Positions 1 through 11,875 of a stretch of DNA of 64,000 nucleotides are shown here, piece after piece; position 1 is the stretch's first letter, and each line of letters opens with the position of its first letter. Origin of the DNA: Adineta vaga. Lineage: Eukaryota; Animalia; Rotifera. The DNA is taken from positions 14,183,769-14,247,768 of the forward strand of contig CP075492.1 in NCBI GenBank assembly GCA_021613535.1, read 5' to 3'. The position numbers and the translations under genes are program-made. The notes beneath the pieces were generated by a model that searched no databases, was not told the DNA's origin, and was given only the letters and a program-made list of their open reading frames with translations.

Positions 1-13
1 CCATTATAAGACA

Positions 14-1012
14 ATGTTAACACGTTGGTATCATCTACCGAGCGGATTGAGTTTCTATGTACCATTTCAAGTATTCTATCGTTTATTTTGTATGATCTGT
101 GCATTGATTTATTTCTTATTATTCTGTTTACGAGAACCAATTAGTTCATGTTTTCGAACACGTTATGCTAAAAATGCTTTGCCAACACTGATCACTATTC
201 GATTCTCTCATTATTGTGAAAAAGCAAGATGGGCTCTTGATCTACTACAGCATGCATCAACTCGACATGAAGATGAAAAACAGAAATGTTCGCACAATTA
301 TGTCGAATGTGCTCGTTCGATTCTTACACACATGGTGACATCACTATGGCATACTAGTGGGTTTTCATCCAGTACACCAATATATATTACGCAAGATAAA
401 CGCGTACTGAAAGAATCATCATTAATCATGCATTATGTAAGTGATGAACTGTGTAAGTTAGGTGAGCCAACACTTTATCCTACATCTGAAGTAGAAGAAC
501 TTGTCAATTATTTTGATGAAACACTTGGTGTACATGTACGCCGTTATGCATATTGGATGATGTTTTCTTCGGATGATATGACAATAGAGCTATATCAGTG
601 TTGGCTACGTGGCACAAGAAAGATTGAACGATGGATTCAACGTCATTTCTCAGGTTCTATTCAAGCATTAGCAACTGTTGGAATGCAAGTTCACGAACAA
701 CCTAGTCTCATTTCTAAACAACAAATTGATGAAGTTTTCGCAAAAGTAAATCGGATGTTAGAAAAACATGATGGGTTGTATTTACTGAATACTAACTATC
801 CAACAGCTGCAGATATTACCTTCGCAGCACTAGCCTATCCAGTAATCTTTCCACCGCAATGTGATGACTTAATTTTCGAGTATGATATAAATCGAATGAG
901 TCGAAATTTATATTATCAAGTTTCTATGTATCGTGGTCAACGCGCAGGAAAATTCGTGCTACGAATGTATGAACAGGACAGAATTATTCATCGAATTCAA
1001 CCGATGTCTTAG
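14..1012 (+). CDS. Glutathione S-transferase-like protein (thioredoxin-like N-terminus plus GST C-terminal-like helices). Single exon; an upstream exon outside the window is possible.
   Basis: 332-aa ORF. The motif 'LITIRFSHYCEKARWALDL' resembles the GST N-terminal beta-alpha-beta unit. The C-terminal segment 'TAADITFAALAYPV' is typical of GST C-terminal domains. No internal stops. Confidence 0.4.
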   Translation: MLTRWYHLPSGLSFYVPFQVFYRLFCMICALIYFLLFCLREPISSCFRTRYAKNALPTLITIRFSHYCEKARWALDLLQHASTRHEDEKQKCSHNYVECARSILTHMVTSLWHTSGFSSSTPIYITQDKRVLKESSLIMHYVSDELCKLGEPTLYPTSEVEELVNYFDETLGVHVRRYAYWMMFSSDDMTIELYQCWLRGTRKIERWIQRHFSGSIQALATVGMQVHEQPSLISKQQIDEVFAKVNRMLEKHDGLYLLNTNYPTAADITFAALAYPVIFPPQCDDLIFEYDINRMSRNLYYQVSMYRGQRAGKFVLRMYEQDRIIHRIQPMS

Positions 1013-2891
1013 AAACATCCATTCCTTTCGATATTATACCATATACCCAACGCTATAAAAACGAATAAAATTTCAAGATTGAGTATTTCGTGTCATCTGC
1101 ACGATTATTGTCTTTTATATTGTAGTTCTTTTCTCGATCAAATGGATTTTATTGTCTATAAAATATATTCATCACAAAAGATGAGCATTGTAACGTTAGA
1201 GCAAAGTTCCTAACGACAAGTTCATGAAATAATCACTATGGACTATTTCAGAGTTATGAGTGCAACAATTGAATCTCTGTGTGGACATGGCTTTTTTTTA
1301 AATATGTGAAGTCGTTTTTAAATTTAGAACGCATAGTATTTTGAAAGTACGATATTTATACTTTAATTCAAAACAAAGATCGTATTTTGAATCATATGAT
1401 TATATAAAATCAATAAATTTTATAATAGACTAACATTCTTCGATGATGTTTATTCCATGGAATGTTGCTAATGATATAAAATAAGAAGACTTTTTCTCTA
1501 TTCTTAAATTATCATTTTAATTAGAATATAATGAAAGATAAAAACCATTTTTCTCTCATTAGTACTTCGGTATATAATAATGTATAGAGAAATGTTGTTC
1601 TTCATATGGTAAAATCTATTAGTGATATTATGAAAATTACACTTTAACACAAAGCACGAACTGAGTTAATAACTTGAAGTGATGTATTCACAGATCATGT
1701 CATAAAACTCATCAATTACCGCTGTGAGAGTAAGAGTTCTTTTAGAGGTAATCTATTGTTAGATGAGAGTATATATTTAGGCATTGTCAATCAATTTTTA
1801 TCAAATGAGTAATTCCACTTCAAAACTAACTAGTGTTCCATCAAGTTGGCAAAAGTTGAATTTTCATTAGTTTTATTCGATCGAATCGTGTGATCCTATT
1901 ATTGCTATACTATAAATTTCTAAATGTGACAATTTATTAATCTTTGACATTATAGATTATAATCGTTTCGGGTATGTGTCACTTTTTCATCCTGTTTTGT
2001 GTAACTCATATATATTTTTTGGAGAAAAATAAGTGAGTGTAAGTGTTCAGTCGAGAAATTTGGCCCGCTCTCATCTCCCCCTGCCCTTCATTACAGATAT
2101 TAGCCCTAAAGGGGCTAAGCTGAAAAGCTTTTTTGTCTCATTTGGCAATTTATTCATCATACAATTGGGCATGGTGATATTTTGTTGATGTTATGGGCAT
2201 CATTTGAAAGATATATTTTTGTATATCACTCACATCTAGTTCAAACTATACGTGGATATATTTTGATTCGTTATAGATCGATCTTGTATTTCTATTTAAT
2301 TTTTCTTTTTCCATGTGATCGAAAATGCTCGATTGGTTTAATCTATATAATTTCTTTGTTTTTATAATGCGCTTACAATGAACAGTGATATTGCGTCAGT
2401 GTCGGAAGATGATTATTCAATTGATACTCATCTGTCAAAGAACGAATAAGTCTATTCATACGCTCGAACAGGATATTTCTGAATAAACGAATACAATTTA
2501 GAGAAAAATAATTTTTTTTTCTTTCTTTCGTATAACTTGTTTTGTCATGTATAATCAACCACGTGATTCATTTATTTATACAATTATCGATGCGTAAAAC
2601 AATACTATCGTTAACTTTTTTGTTACATGGAAAAAGGCGTAACCCAACTACTGTTATTAAATTCGATACACACTGATAAAATCTCATAGAATAACGCATT
2701 ATTCATTTTCAATCAATATTTTATAATATAGAAAGTTCCAAGTAACTCGTTCTTTCTTTTCATTATACATTGTTATCAACACATATTGCACCACGTATTT
2801 GATTACGTCATTATCATTCACGTATTATATTCTTTTTGTTTTGTTTAATCGATAATCAGAAAAGAAAAAGTACAATATATCTAGTATAAAA

Positions 2892-3828
2892 ATGGCGTCC
2901 AATGAAAATATGAAAATTCAACAAAAACATGAACTATACGAAGTTGGATCAGGATTTTGGAATATTCGTGGTTGTTATAAAATGTTTGCTCAAAAAGTCG
3001 ATATTGGAACACATATGTCGATTGTTCGATTAAACGATGGAAATTTTGTTATTTTCGATACAGTCGAACTTGATGATCATCTTAAAGAACAAATTGATGA
3101 ATTAACTGATAATGGACATTTAATTGAAGGAGTTATTGGTACACATTCATTTCATACTCGATCATTTCTAGACTTCTATAAAACTTATCCCCTAGCAGCA
3201 TATTATGGCACACCAAGACATTTACGACAAATACCTGAAATTCCATGGTTAGGTAGTCTTGATGATTGTAATATAAGACAAAAATGGGAGCCAGATGTAG
3301 AAATGCGTATAACTGCAGGTGAGTTAATAAATCTTCTAATAATACAAAAATAAAATTCATTATTTATTTATGATTCTAGGCGGTGAATTTGTCAATCCTA
3401 GACATGGATCTAGTCATCTGATGAGTGTATTTATATATCATCGAGCATCAAAAACACTTCATGTTACTGATACAATTATGTATACGGATAAATTTAAACC
3501 CATTCTGAGATTCTTTGGAATGACTCGTGGTGTTATAATTTTTCATCCATCAATTAAAACACATGGTTTACATCCAACAGCTGATGCTCCATTGTTATTT
3601 CGAGATTGGATGCGTAATATGTTACAAGATTGGCCATTTGAAAATCTCTGTTGTGCTCATCTTGATGTGAAATTAGGTGGAGCACATCATCTCGTTACAC
3701 GACTTTTAAATAAAACAGAACCAACTTTAATTAAAGTAAGCAAGAAGAATAAGAAGAAAAATCCCAATGGAGAATTACCAACAGGTAGTTTTCCTAATAC
3801 AGATGTTGTTGGAGATGAATGTGGATAG
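2892..3828 (+). CDS. Conserved hypothetical protein (DUF4336-like, metallo-beta-lactamase-like fold); 2 exons join(2892..3318,3380..3828)
   Basis: Two same-strand ORFs are joined by a 61-nt intron (donor CAG|GTGAGT at 3319, acceptor TTCTAG| at 3379). The intron is phase 1 and the frame is verified: G+GC=Gly. 'GFWNIRG...VIFDTVELD' is reminiscent of DUF4336 proteins. Confidence 0.55.
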
Positions 3829-3957
3829 TCTGATTTGTTATTATACGTTAATAAATTACTTATAAATTGACAGAGAAATAGATATCTGTCTATATAGTTA
3901 TCGATGTGTAAAATTAGAATCTATTCATATATTATAACATGAAAAAGAAAGAATGAT

Positions 3958-5690
3958 TTATTTTCGTATGAAATATAATTCGATCCATCGAAATAATGGA
4001 TAAGTAATTCCTGTAAATAGAAATCCAAATTCAAAACCAACATCTGCACCTTCTCCACTATTATTATCACTACCGACAATGGCTTTTGCAATTGGTCCAA
4101 TCAACCACGTTTGTGACATACCAAGTCCAATACCAATAACTCCCATCATACCAGACAGTATTGCTGCTAGACTAATTGGTAATTCTTTTCGATTATTCCA
4201 AATATGAAAATTATAATTTTTAAATGAACAATGTCGAAAGAAAATATGATCATCAAATATAACAACCACTAATATTACTGACAAATATGAAGTTATACTC
4301 ATAAATGATATTAAAACATCATTAAATCTATATGCAGCAATAATTGCTAATAGAACATAAGCTATTGTACCAATAATTGTATATAAAATACGTGGTATAC
4401 GTTTAAATATTGGTGCAATAACTTGTGCCGATAATGATAATGAATAATTATTTGGTATATTACAAGAAATAGTTGATAATGCAAAGAGAATAAGTATCAA
4501 TTTACCAAAAATACCCAGAGATGAAAGACAAGCACCGAATAATCCACCGATATTATTTGTTTCATAGGCATACTTCCAATCAGAATTAGTATATGTACCT
4601 GTATATGTTGCTGCTCCAAGTAGTTGCAGTGGAGTCATGGATAAAAAATTACCAAAATAGGTTAAAAGAAAGATTTTCAATTGACTTGTATCCTCAGGAA
4701 AATAGGCATTGTAATCCGCTGCACATGAACACCAACTAGATGATATACCAAAACATGCTGCACCAAAACTTAATACATGAGATAGTTTTAAACGAGAATT
4801 CGGACTATTTGTTATCGTTGTATTGAAAGATACCTATAAAAAAAAGGAATATATTAATAGTAAATATTACTTTCTTTATCATTAAATATGCGTATTACTA
4901 TTGGAGATATGGTAAAATATTTTGCACCAACTCCAGCTAATATACAATATCCTATAAAAACTGGTATCCATGAATAGCGTTCATAGATATGAATCCATTT
5001 ATAACCAACAAAGGAGACAATCATTGATAATAGACCGATAATAATAATACCAACAGTAACAGGAAATGTATCATTGAAAACAACACGAAGTGTTTGTGCA
5101 CCAGTGATACTGTTTACAGCGGCCCAACCCAGTGAAAGAATAACATTGATACATGACATTATTGAAGCACCATAATAACCCCAACTATAACGCGATACAA
5201 GCATTGTACGTAGACCAGACGCTGGACCAAAGCATGCGATACCTGCTACTGGAATAGCACCAAGTAAATTGAAAACAAGAATTGTTATAAATGAATCATA
5301 GAGATTCAAATTAAAAAGTGCTGGACCGAGTAAACCACTAGCAAAACTTGGTATAATCATATTAGCACCCATCTAAATAACAAGGTCATACTGACCTTTA
5401 ATCTATAATATAACGAAATTTCTTACCCACATCATTGCTGTATTGATGATAGTTGAATCCGTACGATTTTCTGGTAATATTCGATCACTACCAAGTGTTT
5501 CAACATTGAGACAATCGAATTTCTTCAAAGTACGCATAATCAGACTGCATTTTTCACCGGTAATATTCGAATTTGAACTCATAATATGATCATTTTTATT
5601 CAAACGAATTCCTGTAAGTTCTATTTCATAGTTTTTCGAAATAGATGATACAATAGGAAATATTGTTGATGTACTCGAATTATCTCTCAT
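3958..5690 (-). CDS. NCS1-family purine-cytosine permease (Fcy2-like); 3 exons complement(join(3958..4833,4899..5372,5427..5690)), about 537 aa
   Basis: Three minus-strand ORFs with multiple TM segments and the NCS1 hallmark 'RYSWGYYG'. Both introns were mapped by hand. Intron 1 is 5373..5426 (54 nt, GTAAGA...TTTAG). Intron 2 is 4834..4898 (65 nt, GTAATA...TTTTTTTTATAG). Phases are consistent (both 0). Confidence 0.75.
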
Positions 5691-6274
5691 GTTCTATTGA
5701 AATAATTCACTAAATAAAAAAAGACGTATCCTATGGCACATTTGTTTTATGCTCTATACTGACCTCTTGTTTGTTTTGTTGTTCCTTGCTTTCTTTTATT
5801 TGACTGATCACTTCATTTATAAACGAAATGTTATAAAATAACATGGGCATATGAAAACTGAAAGACATAGATACGATTTTTATTACATATCACCACGATC
5901 TTTTTTCTTCATATAAGCGATGTACATGTAGGTTAAATGAAAAGAACGACATCATAAACAATAAATGGAAGAATTGTAATTGATCATAAATAATAAAATT
6001 CATATTTTATTTCACATATCAGTTACTATTGTCAAGGTTTTTTTTTATACGGATATTTCAGTAATACTTCTGAATTAAAAGCTTTTCAATTGTGAAAAAA
6101 ATCTATATACGATATACTTCTATATCTCCATCGACGATATAATTACAGAGCTTATAGAAAATGGTTTTTCTTTCTTAATCCATTTTTTCATTATATTTTT
6201 GCATCTATATTTCATCGATACTTATTTTCAATTGAAATACATATCTACTGTTTAACTTCATTTCATTTTACCTC

Positions 6275-7024
6275 ATGTTATCATATCTGTTATTCATTAC
6301 TATCACATTTTTCACTTTGAATACTACTCAAAGTGATAGCATCAATTATAATCAGGGTAAATCTAGTTATCTGAATAATGGTCAATTACATTTAATTAGT
6401 GGAGCTGTTACCGCTCAATCTAAACAAGATGTACTCTATTCACTTTTACTTGTTCAATTGGCTGCGAATGCAAAAGCACCTCGAACATCTATTTCTGCAT
6501 GGTATGAAAACTATGAACGTACTTTACCTAATATTGCTTGGGTGCTGACATCGTCTGCAAAATTGACTCCATTTATTCCATCTACTGATCGTATTTCTCT
6601 CAAATCTGTCATAACAACATCGCTAGCCGGTCGAATCACTCCCGAACTACAAGATATATTAAGTCGTAGTTTTGTGGAAATTCAACAAATGAAAGCTACT
6701 GATCCAGCTATCGTAGAATTTACGAAGGATGTAGGTGATGGAAAAACTTTTAATTTTCAAGTGCAATTCATTGATGAAAGAAATACTGATGTATCAGCTC
6801 TTCAATTTTATGTTACATTGACAACTTCGGCAAGTATTGGAGATGATATATTCTTATTACATCAATTTGACAAAAATGCAGTTACAATTCAAGTAGCCTA
6901 CGAAAGTATTACTTTGAATAGTGATCTATATGCTACTATTCGTCAAAGTGTTATTAACAAACTAGGACCTGATCGAATTAATCAATTCATTTCGAAGATA
7001 TTTGATGATGGATCTAAAATCTGA
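6275..7024 (+). CDS. Hypothetical secreted protein (N-terminal signal peptide), function unknown
   Basis: 249-aa uninterrupted ORF with a hydrophobic N-terminus 'MLSYLLFITITFFTL'. No recognisable domain. Confidence 0.4.
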   Translation: MLSYLLFITITFFTLNTTQSDSINYNQGKSSYLNNGQLHLISGAVTAQSKQDVLYSLLLVQLAANAKAPRTSISAWYENYERTLPNIAWVLTSSAKLTPFIPSTDRISLKSVITTSLAGRITPELQDILSRSFVEIQQMKATDPAIVEFTKDVGDGKTFNFQVQFIDERNTDVSALQFYVTLTTSASIGDDIFLLHQFDKNAVTIQVAYESITLNSDLYATIRQSVINKLGPDRINQFISKIFDDGSKI

Positions 7025-7099
7025 TCGTTTAGTTTGAAAATGCTTTCTCTGATAATAAACGAAATAAAGTTTGTGAGTATGTAGAATATACTCTCATGA

Positions 7100-7942
7100 T
7101 TAAGATGTTTCTCTAATAAATCGAGGAATTAATTCAGCAGCTACGTCATTACCAGGTTCTGTTAATGATAGGTGATGAACACCACGTTCCACAATCAAGA
7201 ATTTCCATAATTTAGGTAATTTCAATGTCCATACTTTTGCTTCTTCAATTGGAAAGATGCGATCTTCTTCTCCATGAAGAGCTAATATTGGCATAGTAAG
7301 TTTTTCTAGTTCATCATCAATCGCATCACGATCTAGAAGACATGTCATTGCTGGATCATAACCTTCAGCACCAGCATATCGTTCAATCCACATTTCTTTG
7401 ATCTTTTCAAATACTTTCTCATTGAGACGTACAGGTCCACCAAAAGATGCTGCTCTTGTCAAAATTGCTTCATCACTTGGAATCTTCGTTTCACACCATT
7501 TATCCCGAGCTTTTAGCATCATGATTTTGATTTGTTCTGCAGTTGAATAGACTGAAGTTCCCAATAATATCAGTCCTTTCACTCGATGAGGTTCAAGTAG
7601 AGCCATTCGAAGTGCAATGAAACCACCTTGAGTCGTTCCCATGGCATAAAATTGATCGATACCAAGTTTAGTAAGAAGTTCTAACGAATCTGAAGCAGTG
7701 TCCCAAAAAGTAAATTTCTCATTACGACCTTTAGTTTGTCCATGACCATGTGCATCAATGGAAATGAGATTGTAGTTAGAATATCGAATGTCTTTCATTT
7801 GTTGATCATAGAATCGTGAATCCATGAGAAAGGCATGATGCATAACAATGGTTGTTAATGGTTTGTCAATTGGATGAGAAAGACGATAAGCAATGGTAAC
7901 ACTATCATCCAATGTCATATAAAGTAGTTCTTTATGAAACAT
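7100..7942 (-). CDS. Alpha/beta-hydrolase fold protein (AB hydrolase-1 type), single exon; the nucleophile elbow reads G-T-T-Q-G-G
   Basis: 280-aa ORF with an 'HHAFLMDS' oxyanion region, elbow motif 'AMGTTQGGF', and C-terminal 'GEEDRIFP...GVHHLS' (acid/His). Confidence 0.7.
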   Translation of the reverse strand: MFHKELLYMTLDDSVTIAYRLSHPIDKPLTTIVMHHAFLMDSRFYDQQMKDIRYSNYNLISIDAHGHGQTKGRNEKFTFWDTASDSLELLTKLGIDQFYAMGTTQGGFIALRMALLEPHRVKGLILLGTSVYSTAEQIKIMMLKARDKWCETKIPSDEAILTRAASFGGPVRLNEKVFEKIKEMWIERYAGAEGYDPAMTCLLDRDAIDDELEKLTMPILALHGEEDRIFPIEEAKVWTLKLPKLWKFLIVERGVHHLSLTEPGNDVAAELIPRFIRETS

Positions 7943-8263
7943 GATATATTAGATCGAAATCGAATACAATTGATGATTATTCTTTATACTTTTCGAATAT
8001 AGAAATAAGTGGCAACAGATGTGCTTTTTATCATACTATGAGAATAGAAGAATGAGAGAAAAAAACTTCACAGAACTAAGTGTAATAGGAAAATATATCA
8101 TAAGCAAACGATCAAGCACTTGTGCTCATTTGAAAGTTAGGTGAAAATACGTACGATAATTCCATATAGCCATACTCTTATTTGTTCGCAATATTTTTTG
8201 TTTCAATTTACAGAAGTGATTCATATGAAAGATAAAAAAAGGTGAGAAGAAAAGAAAAAAAAG

Positions 8264-8335
8264 AGGGGACACCCGGAATCGAACCGGGAATCGGTCGATC
8301 TGCAGTCGAATGCTCTACCATTAAGCCATGTCCCC
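8264..8335 (-). tRNA. tRNA-Cys (anticodon GCA)
   Basis: Cloverleaf folded by hand from the reverse complement (GGGGACATGGCTTAATGGTAGAGCATTCGACTGCAGATCGA...). 7-bp acceptor stem, anticodon loop CTGCAGA, T-arm CCCGG/TTCGATT/CCGGG. A T-rich tract follows on the coding strand as a Pol III terminator. Confidence 0.85.
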
Positions 8336-8786
8336 GAAGCTTTTTAACAACACTTCATTGTCGCACGAACAACCAATTAAAATTAATATATTCTTCATTC
8401 CAAATAGTATAGCCATCAAATATACAACCATCTTTCACAAAAAAACGACAACATTCATCAAATAAACTTTGAATTGATATGACAATTCTTTCATTAATTT
8501 ATCTAATCAATAAATAGCAGACATATTTTAATATTATATTCAAAAAAACTTTTCAAAACATAAAGAAGCTTTACAATACTGTTTAGATAACGTTAACGAC
8601 TCGTTATGTGCCGTACGTCACATTGTTCATTTTTTCAATTATAGAAATTGTCTTTCTCAAATAGTCATGCATACAATTTGCTCTGTTGGCTAATGTTTAA
8701 CTATTCATTCGTCAGTTTGAAAAAAAAATTTTCAGATACTTTTCATAGTAATAAAAGACAAACTCGTTATCTTCACAACATACAAC

Positions 8787-9888
8787 ATGCTTTGGATAAT
8801 AATTGTTTTATTATCCTTCTCTTGCATTCATTCAGCTATTATTGGCAAAATTGAGAATTATATTCTTAGTAATGTAGTGACTCAATCTTTATTAAACCAA
8901 ACACGTGATCAATGTCTTTGTCAAATGATGAACTTCAATACACTAATATCCGCTATCAACTATTTTTCACAAAATCAAACTTGTCAATTATTTTCTTCAA
9001 ATAATAATTCAATTACTATTCAATATCAAATGAATTCCACTCTCATATTTATCAATCAATCAACCATCTCAATTCAAATAAACAGTAACTCTATCAGTAG
9101 TAGTTATGAGAAATAAAGTATCGAATGAAACGATTGTTTATTCCATTTTCAGAAGTGTTAACTTTGATAAGCAGTTCAACGTAAGACTTGATTTGATACG
9201 CATAAAAATTGATAGAAGTGTGATGTATAATTTAGTTCATCAAGTACGACAAGTAGTACAACAACTGCTACTACGACAGGTAAATTAAATATATTTCATA
9301 CGTAAATGAGCATCTCATTAACATAACTTCTCAGTGAAAACAGCTAAGGTATAGAACAGGTGTCCTTTTTTTATTCTGTAATACTATATTGTGTAACTTA
9401 ACATGTATAATCGATTGTAATACAAATATTCAAACTAAAAGACAGTTATGAGAAAACATTTATGGTAAAATCATCTAGTTACCATGTTTCTTTTCTTGTT
9501 TTCAGCTGTGCCATCAACAATTTGCATCAGTATCGACACTAAAAATCTCTACAATAATGATTTCATCTATTCACCGACATCACAAATCTATGCAGCTGGT
9601 TTGTTAAACAATCAATTCGGTATCTATAGAGCATATGGATATGGAAATGTTACTACAAGTATAATATGAACAGCAGGTCAATGTCCATCGAATACCGATT
9701 GTTATTTGGCGTTAAAAGACGATGGTAGCATAGTTCTTTATAGAACAGGTGATTCAAAAGTTATGTGGGTGGGACGTGGTTATAACAGCAATGTTGATCG
9801 TCCATTCTGCTTGCAAATGTTAGATTCTGGTACTCTAATATGGGTTAATAGTGCTTCGAAAATATTGTGGACATCAAATCCCAGTTAG
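8787..9888 (+). pseudogene. PAN/apple-like + bulb-type (B-) lectin gene, copy A. It is disrupted by an in-frame TGA at 9667-9669 (TGG in the paralog), and the exon 1/2 junction is unresolved
   Basis: Exon 1 (8787..~9113) has a signal peptide plus a Cys-containing PAN-like segment. A Thr-rich micro-segment ends at the donor 9279|GTAAAT (phase 1). The lectin exon starts at 9506 after the acceptor TTTTCAG (phase 1, G+CT=Ala). ORFs 9484-9669 and 9706-9888 share one frame and are separated only by TGA. The paralog at 13159 reads 'atatggaaa' where this copy reads 'atatgaaca'. Confidence 0.5.
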
Positions 9889-11875
9889 AATGAGCTACCA
9901 TCGTCTGCACTTATTTTCATTTACATAACAATCTGATCAAAGTTTAAACGATGTTTTATCAACATCAAGCTGTTACTGCTTCAAAAAGATTGAAAGAAAA
10001 TTTAATTATAATAAACTGCGCTTTTCTAAACATTATTGTAGTATGCATTGTTTACAGCTTAGTTATTGTCTTTTTAAACGTCATACAAAGCGTTTCTTCA
10101 CTTATATTCATATTGCATCAGACAATTGCAACAGAGAAAAAGATTTTCTTTTAATTTACATAATGTCGCGAATGATTCATTTTCAAGAAGCAGAGAGAGA
10201 GAAGGCGAGAAAAATATTATGCAAAAAGTTTGCATCATCTGGGGAAATAAGAAAAATTATGGGGACATCCGAAATCGAATCTTATCAAGAAGACTTCATT
10301 TTGTCAACAGGAACTACTCGAGTTCAATAGATTTGAATATGTATATAGATAACATGAAACAACAATACGAGAGCTGAACATATTATTATTATAATGAATT
10401 TATTGAAGGAAATGGAATAACACGAACGTCAAAAACGTTTTTTCTTATTCTTTTATGTTAATTAAAAGAATGAACACTTATCAACTGAATATGCGAACAT
10501 AAAATTCTAAAAAATTTGATTATCAAAAGTCTTTTTGCTTTCTAACGTCTGAATAGAATTTGAGTACTCACATCTATTTGTTTATCTATTCATAAGTATA
10601 GGTAATAACGATCGGGAACAAATATTTCCTACAAGTTTGAGAGAAATTATGCGAATTGACGTGCAATATATGAATTCTATTTCTCTAATATAATTAAGAA
10701 CAAACTAAAGATACTTGATGCGAAATACCTGAAATTCTTCTTGATGTTTATATACACGTATATACATCACGGGCAGCAGATCTGAAACTTCGTGAAAGAA
10801 CAATTGTGAAATATCTTATATCAGAACAAGAGATTCTTCATGCATCTAAAAACTTGATCTTACTTTAATTTGAACTATATTTTGATTGGTTTTCTTAAGC
10901 TGATGTTTATAGAATTTGCGATAAAAATCTTTACAAATGACTCTATGATCTCGTCCACTATCAATGAACAAAGAATATATGATTATTTCACATATCATGC
11001 TGGTAGACCACTGAATAAAGATGTCCTCGAAAAGGATACATGAAAATAAAACTTCTTTATTTTATGGAATAATGAACGTTTGTGAGTTCTTCTATATTGA
11101 AATATACAGTTACATTGTTGATAAATGATTTAACGGTATTGTTAATATTCGGTCTATATCTCGTTGAGGAAAACATGAATACAGAATTTCAGTAAATTGT
11201 TCAGTAGAAATACTTTAACGAAATCTGACAACTTTTCATTAGCACATCCAAATATTATACAACTTGTAAAGTTAGGATAGATCTAAAACAATCCATGGCT
11301 TTCCATTCATATATACATGTAGTTCATACAATTGCTATAGTTTTTGAAAATAGAAAATGTTTAAAAGAACTTCAATTTGGAATGAAATACAAGTTTTTTT
11401 AGTTGAGATATTATTCCATCGGATTTATACCCAGAAAAAATGAAATTATATGAATTTTAAAACAACACTAGACATTCGATATTTTTGTACTAAGTTTTTT
11501 CATATATATATATATATATTTTTTTTTGATGTCTTAGTAATGATACACTTTTTCTTATTCTAAAATATAGCTTTGTTATTCAATAACGCCATATCTATTA
11601 TTTATATTGTTCTAAAAACAAAAAATAGATTTATTCTAAACATTTTCTTTTTCTTGTTAATGAAAATCATTACGACTATCTTTTCCACTTATTTTTCTCG
11701 ATTCAATAGTAAAATTTCTTTCGAATAATTACGATCACACAGTCGGAATGAAGATTGATAGGATTTCGTTAAATGAAACTCTCACAAGTGTTTTTTTGTT
11801 TTTAATCTATTGATTGTTTTATGAGTGTAAACAGATTCTTTTCTCATTTCTTTTTAACAGATTTATTCAAATAAT

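Noticed and set aside
9106-9288. ORF 9106-9288 (Q/V-rich) as an exon of lectin A
   Set aside because: Its frame gives a phase-0 end at the 9279 donor, which is incompatible with the phase-1 acceptor of the lectin exon at 9505. The alternative frame, encoding a Ser/Thr-rich linker (STTSSTTTATTT), is phase-compatible. This ORF is therefore probably spurious.
9667-9669. The in-frame TGA in lectin A as a selenocysteine or reassigned codon
   Set aside because: The aligned paralog has Trp (TGG) at this position. No SECIS-like context was noticed. TGA terminates other genes in the window, for example at 33872. A nonsense mutation or sequence error is the simpler explanation.
10043-10377. Short overlapping ORFs (95 and 83 aa) in an intergenic AT-rich region. 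Similar small ORFs occur at 2182-2558, 8648-8854, 21556-21747, 22969-23302, 28201-28828, 31514-32243, 32835-33137, 48710-49036, 51882-52598 and 53366-53881
   Set aside because: There is no domain similarity, composition is low-complexity, and many overlap each other or repeats. They are treated as non-coding.
11490-11530. (AT)n / T-run microsatellite 'catatatatatatatatattttttttt'
   Set aside because: A short simple-sequence tract typical of AT-rich intergenic DNA. Not interesting beyond being a potential polymorphic marker.
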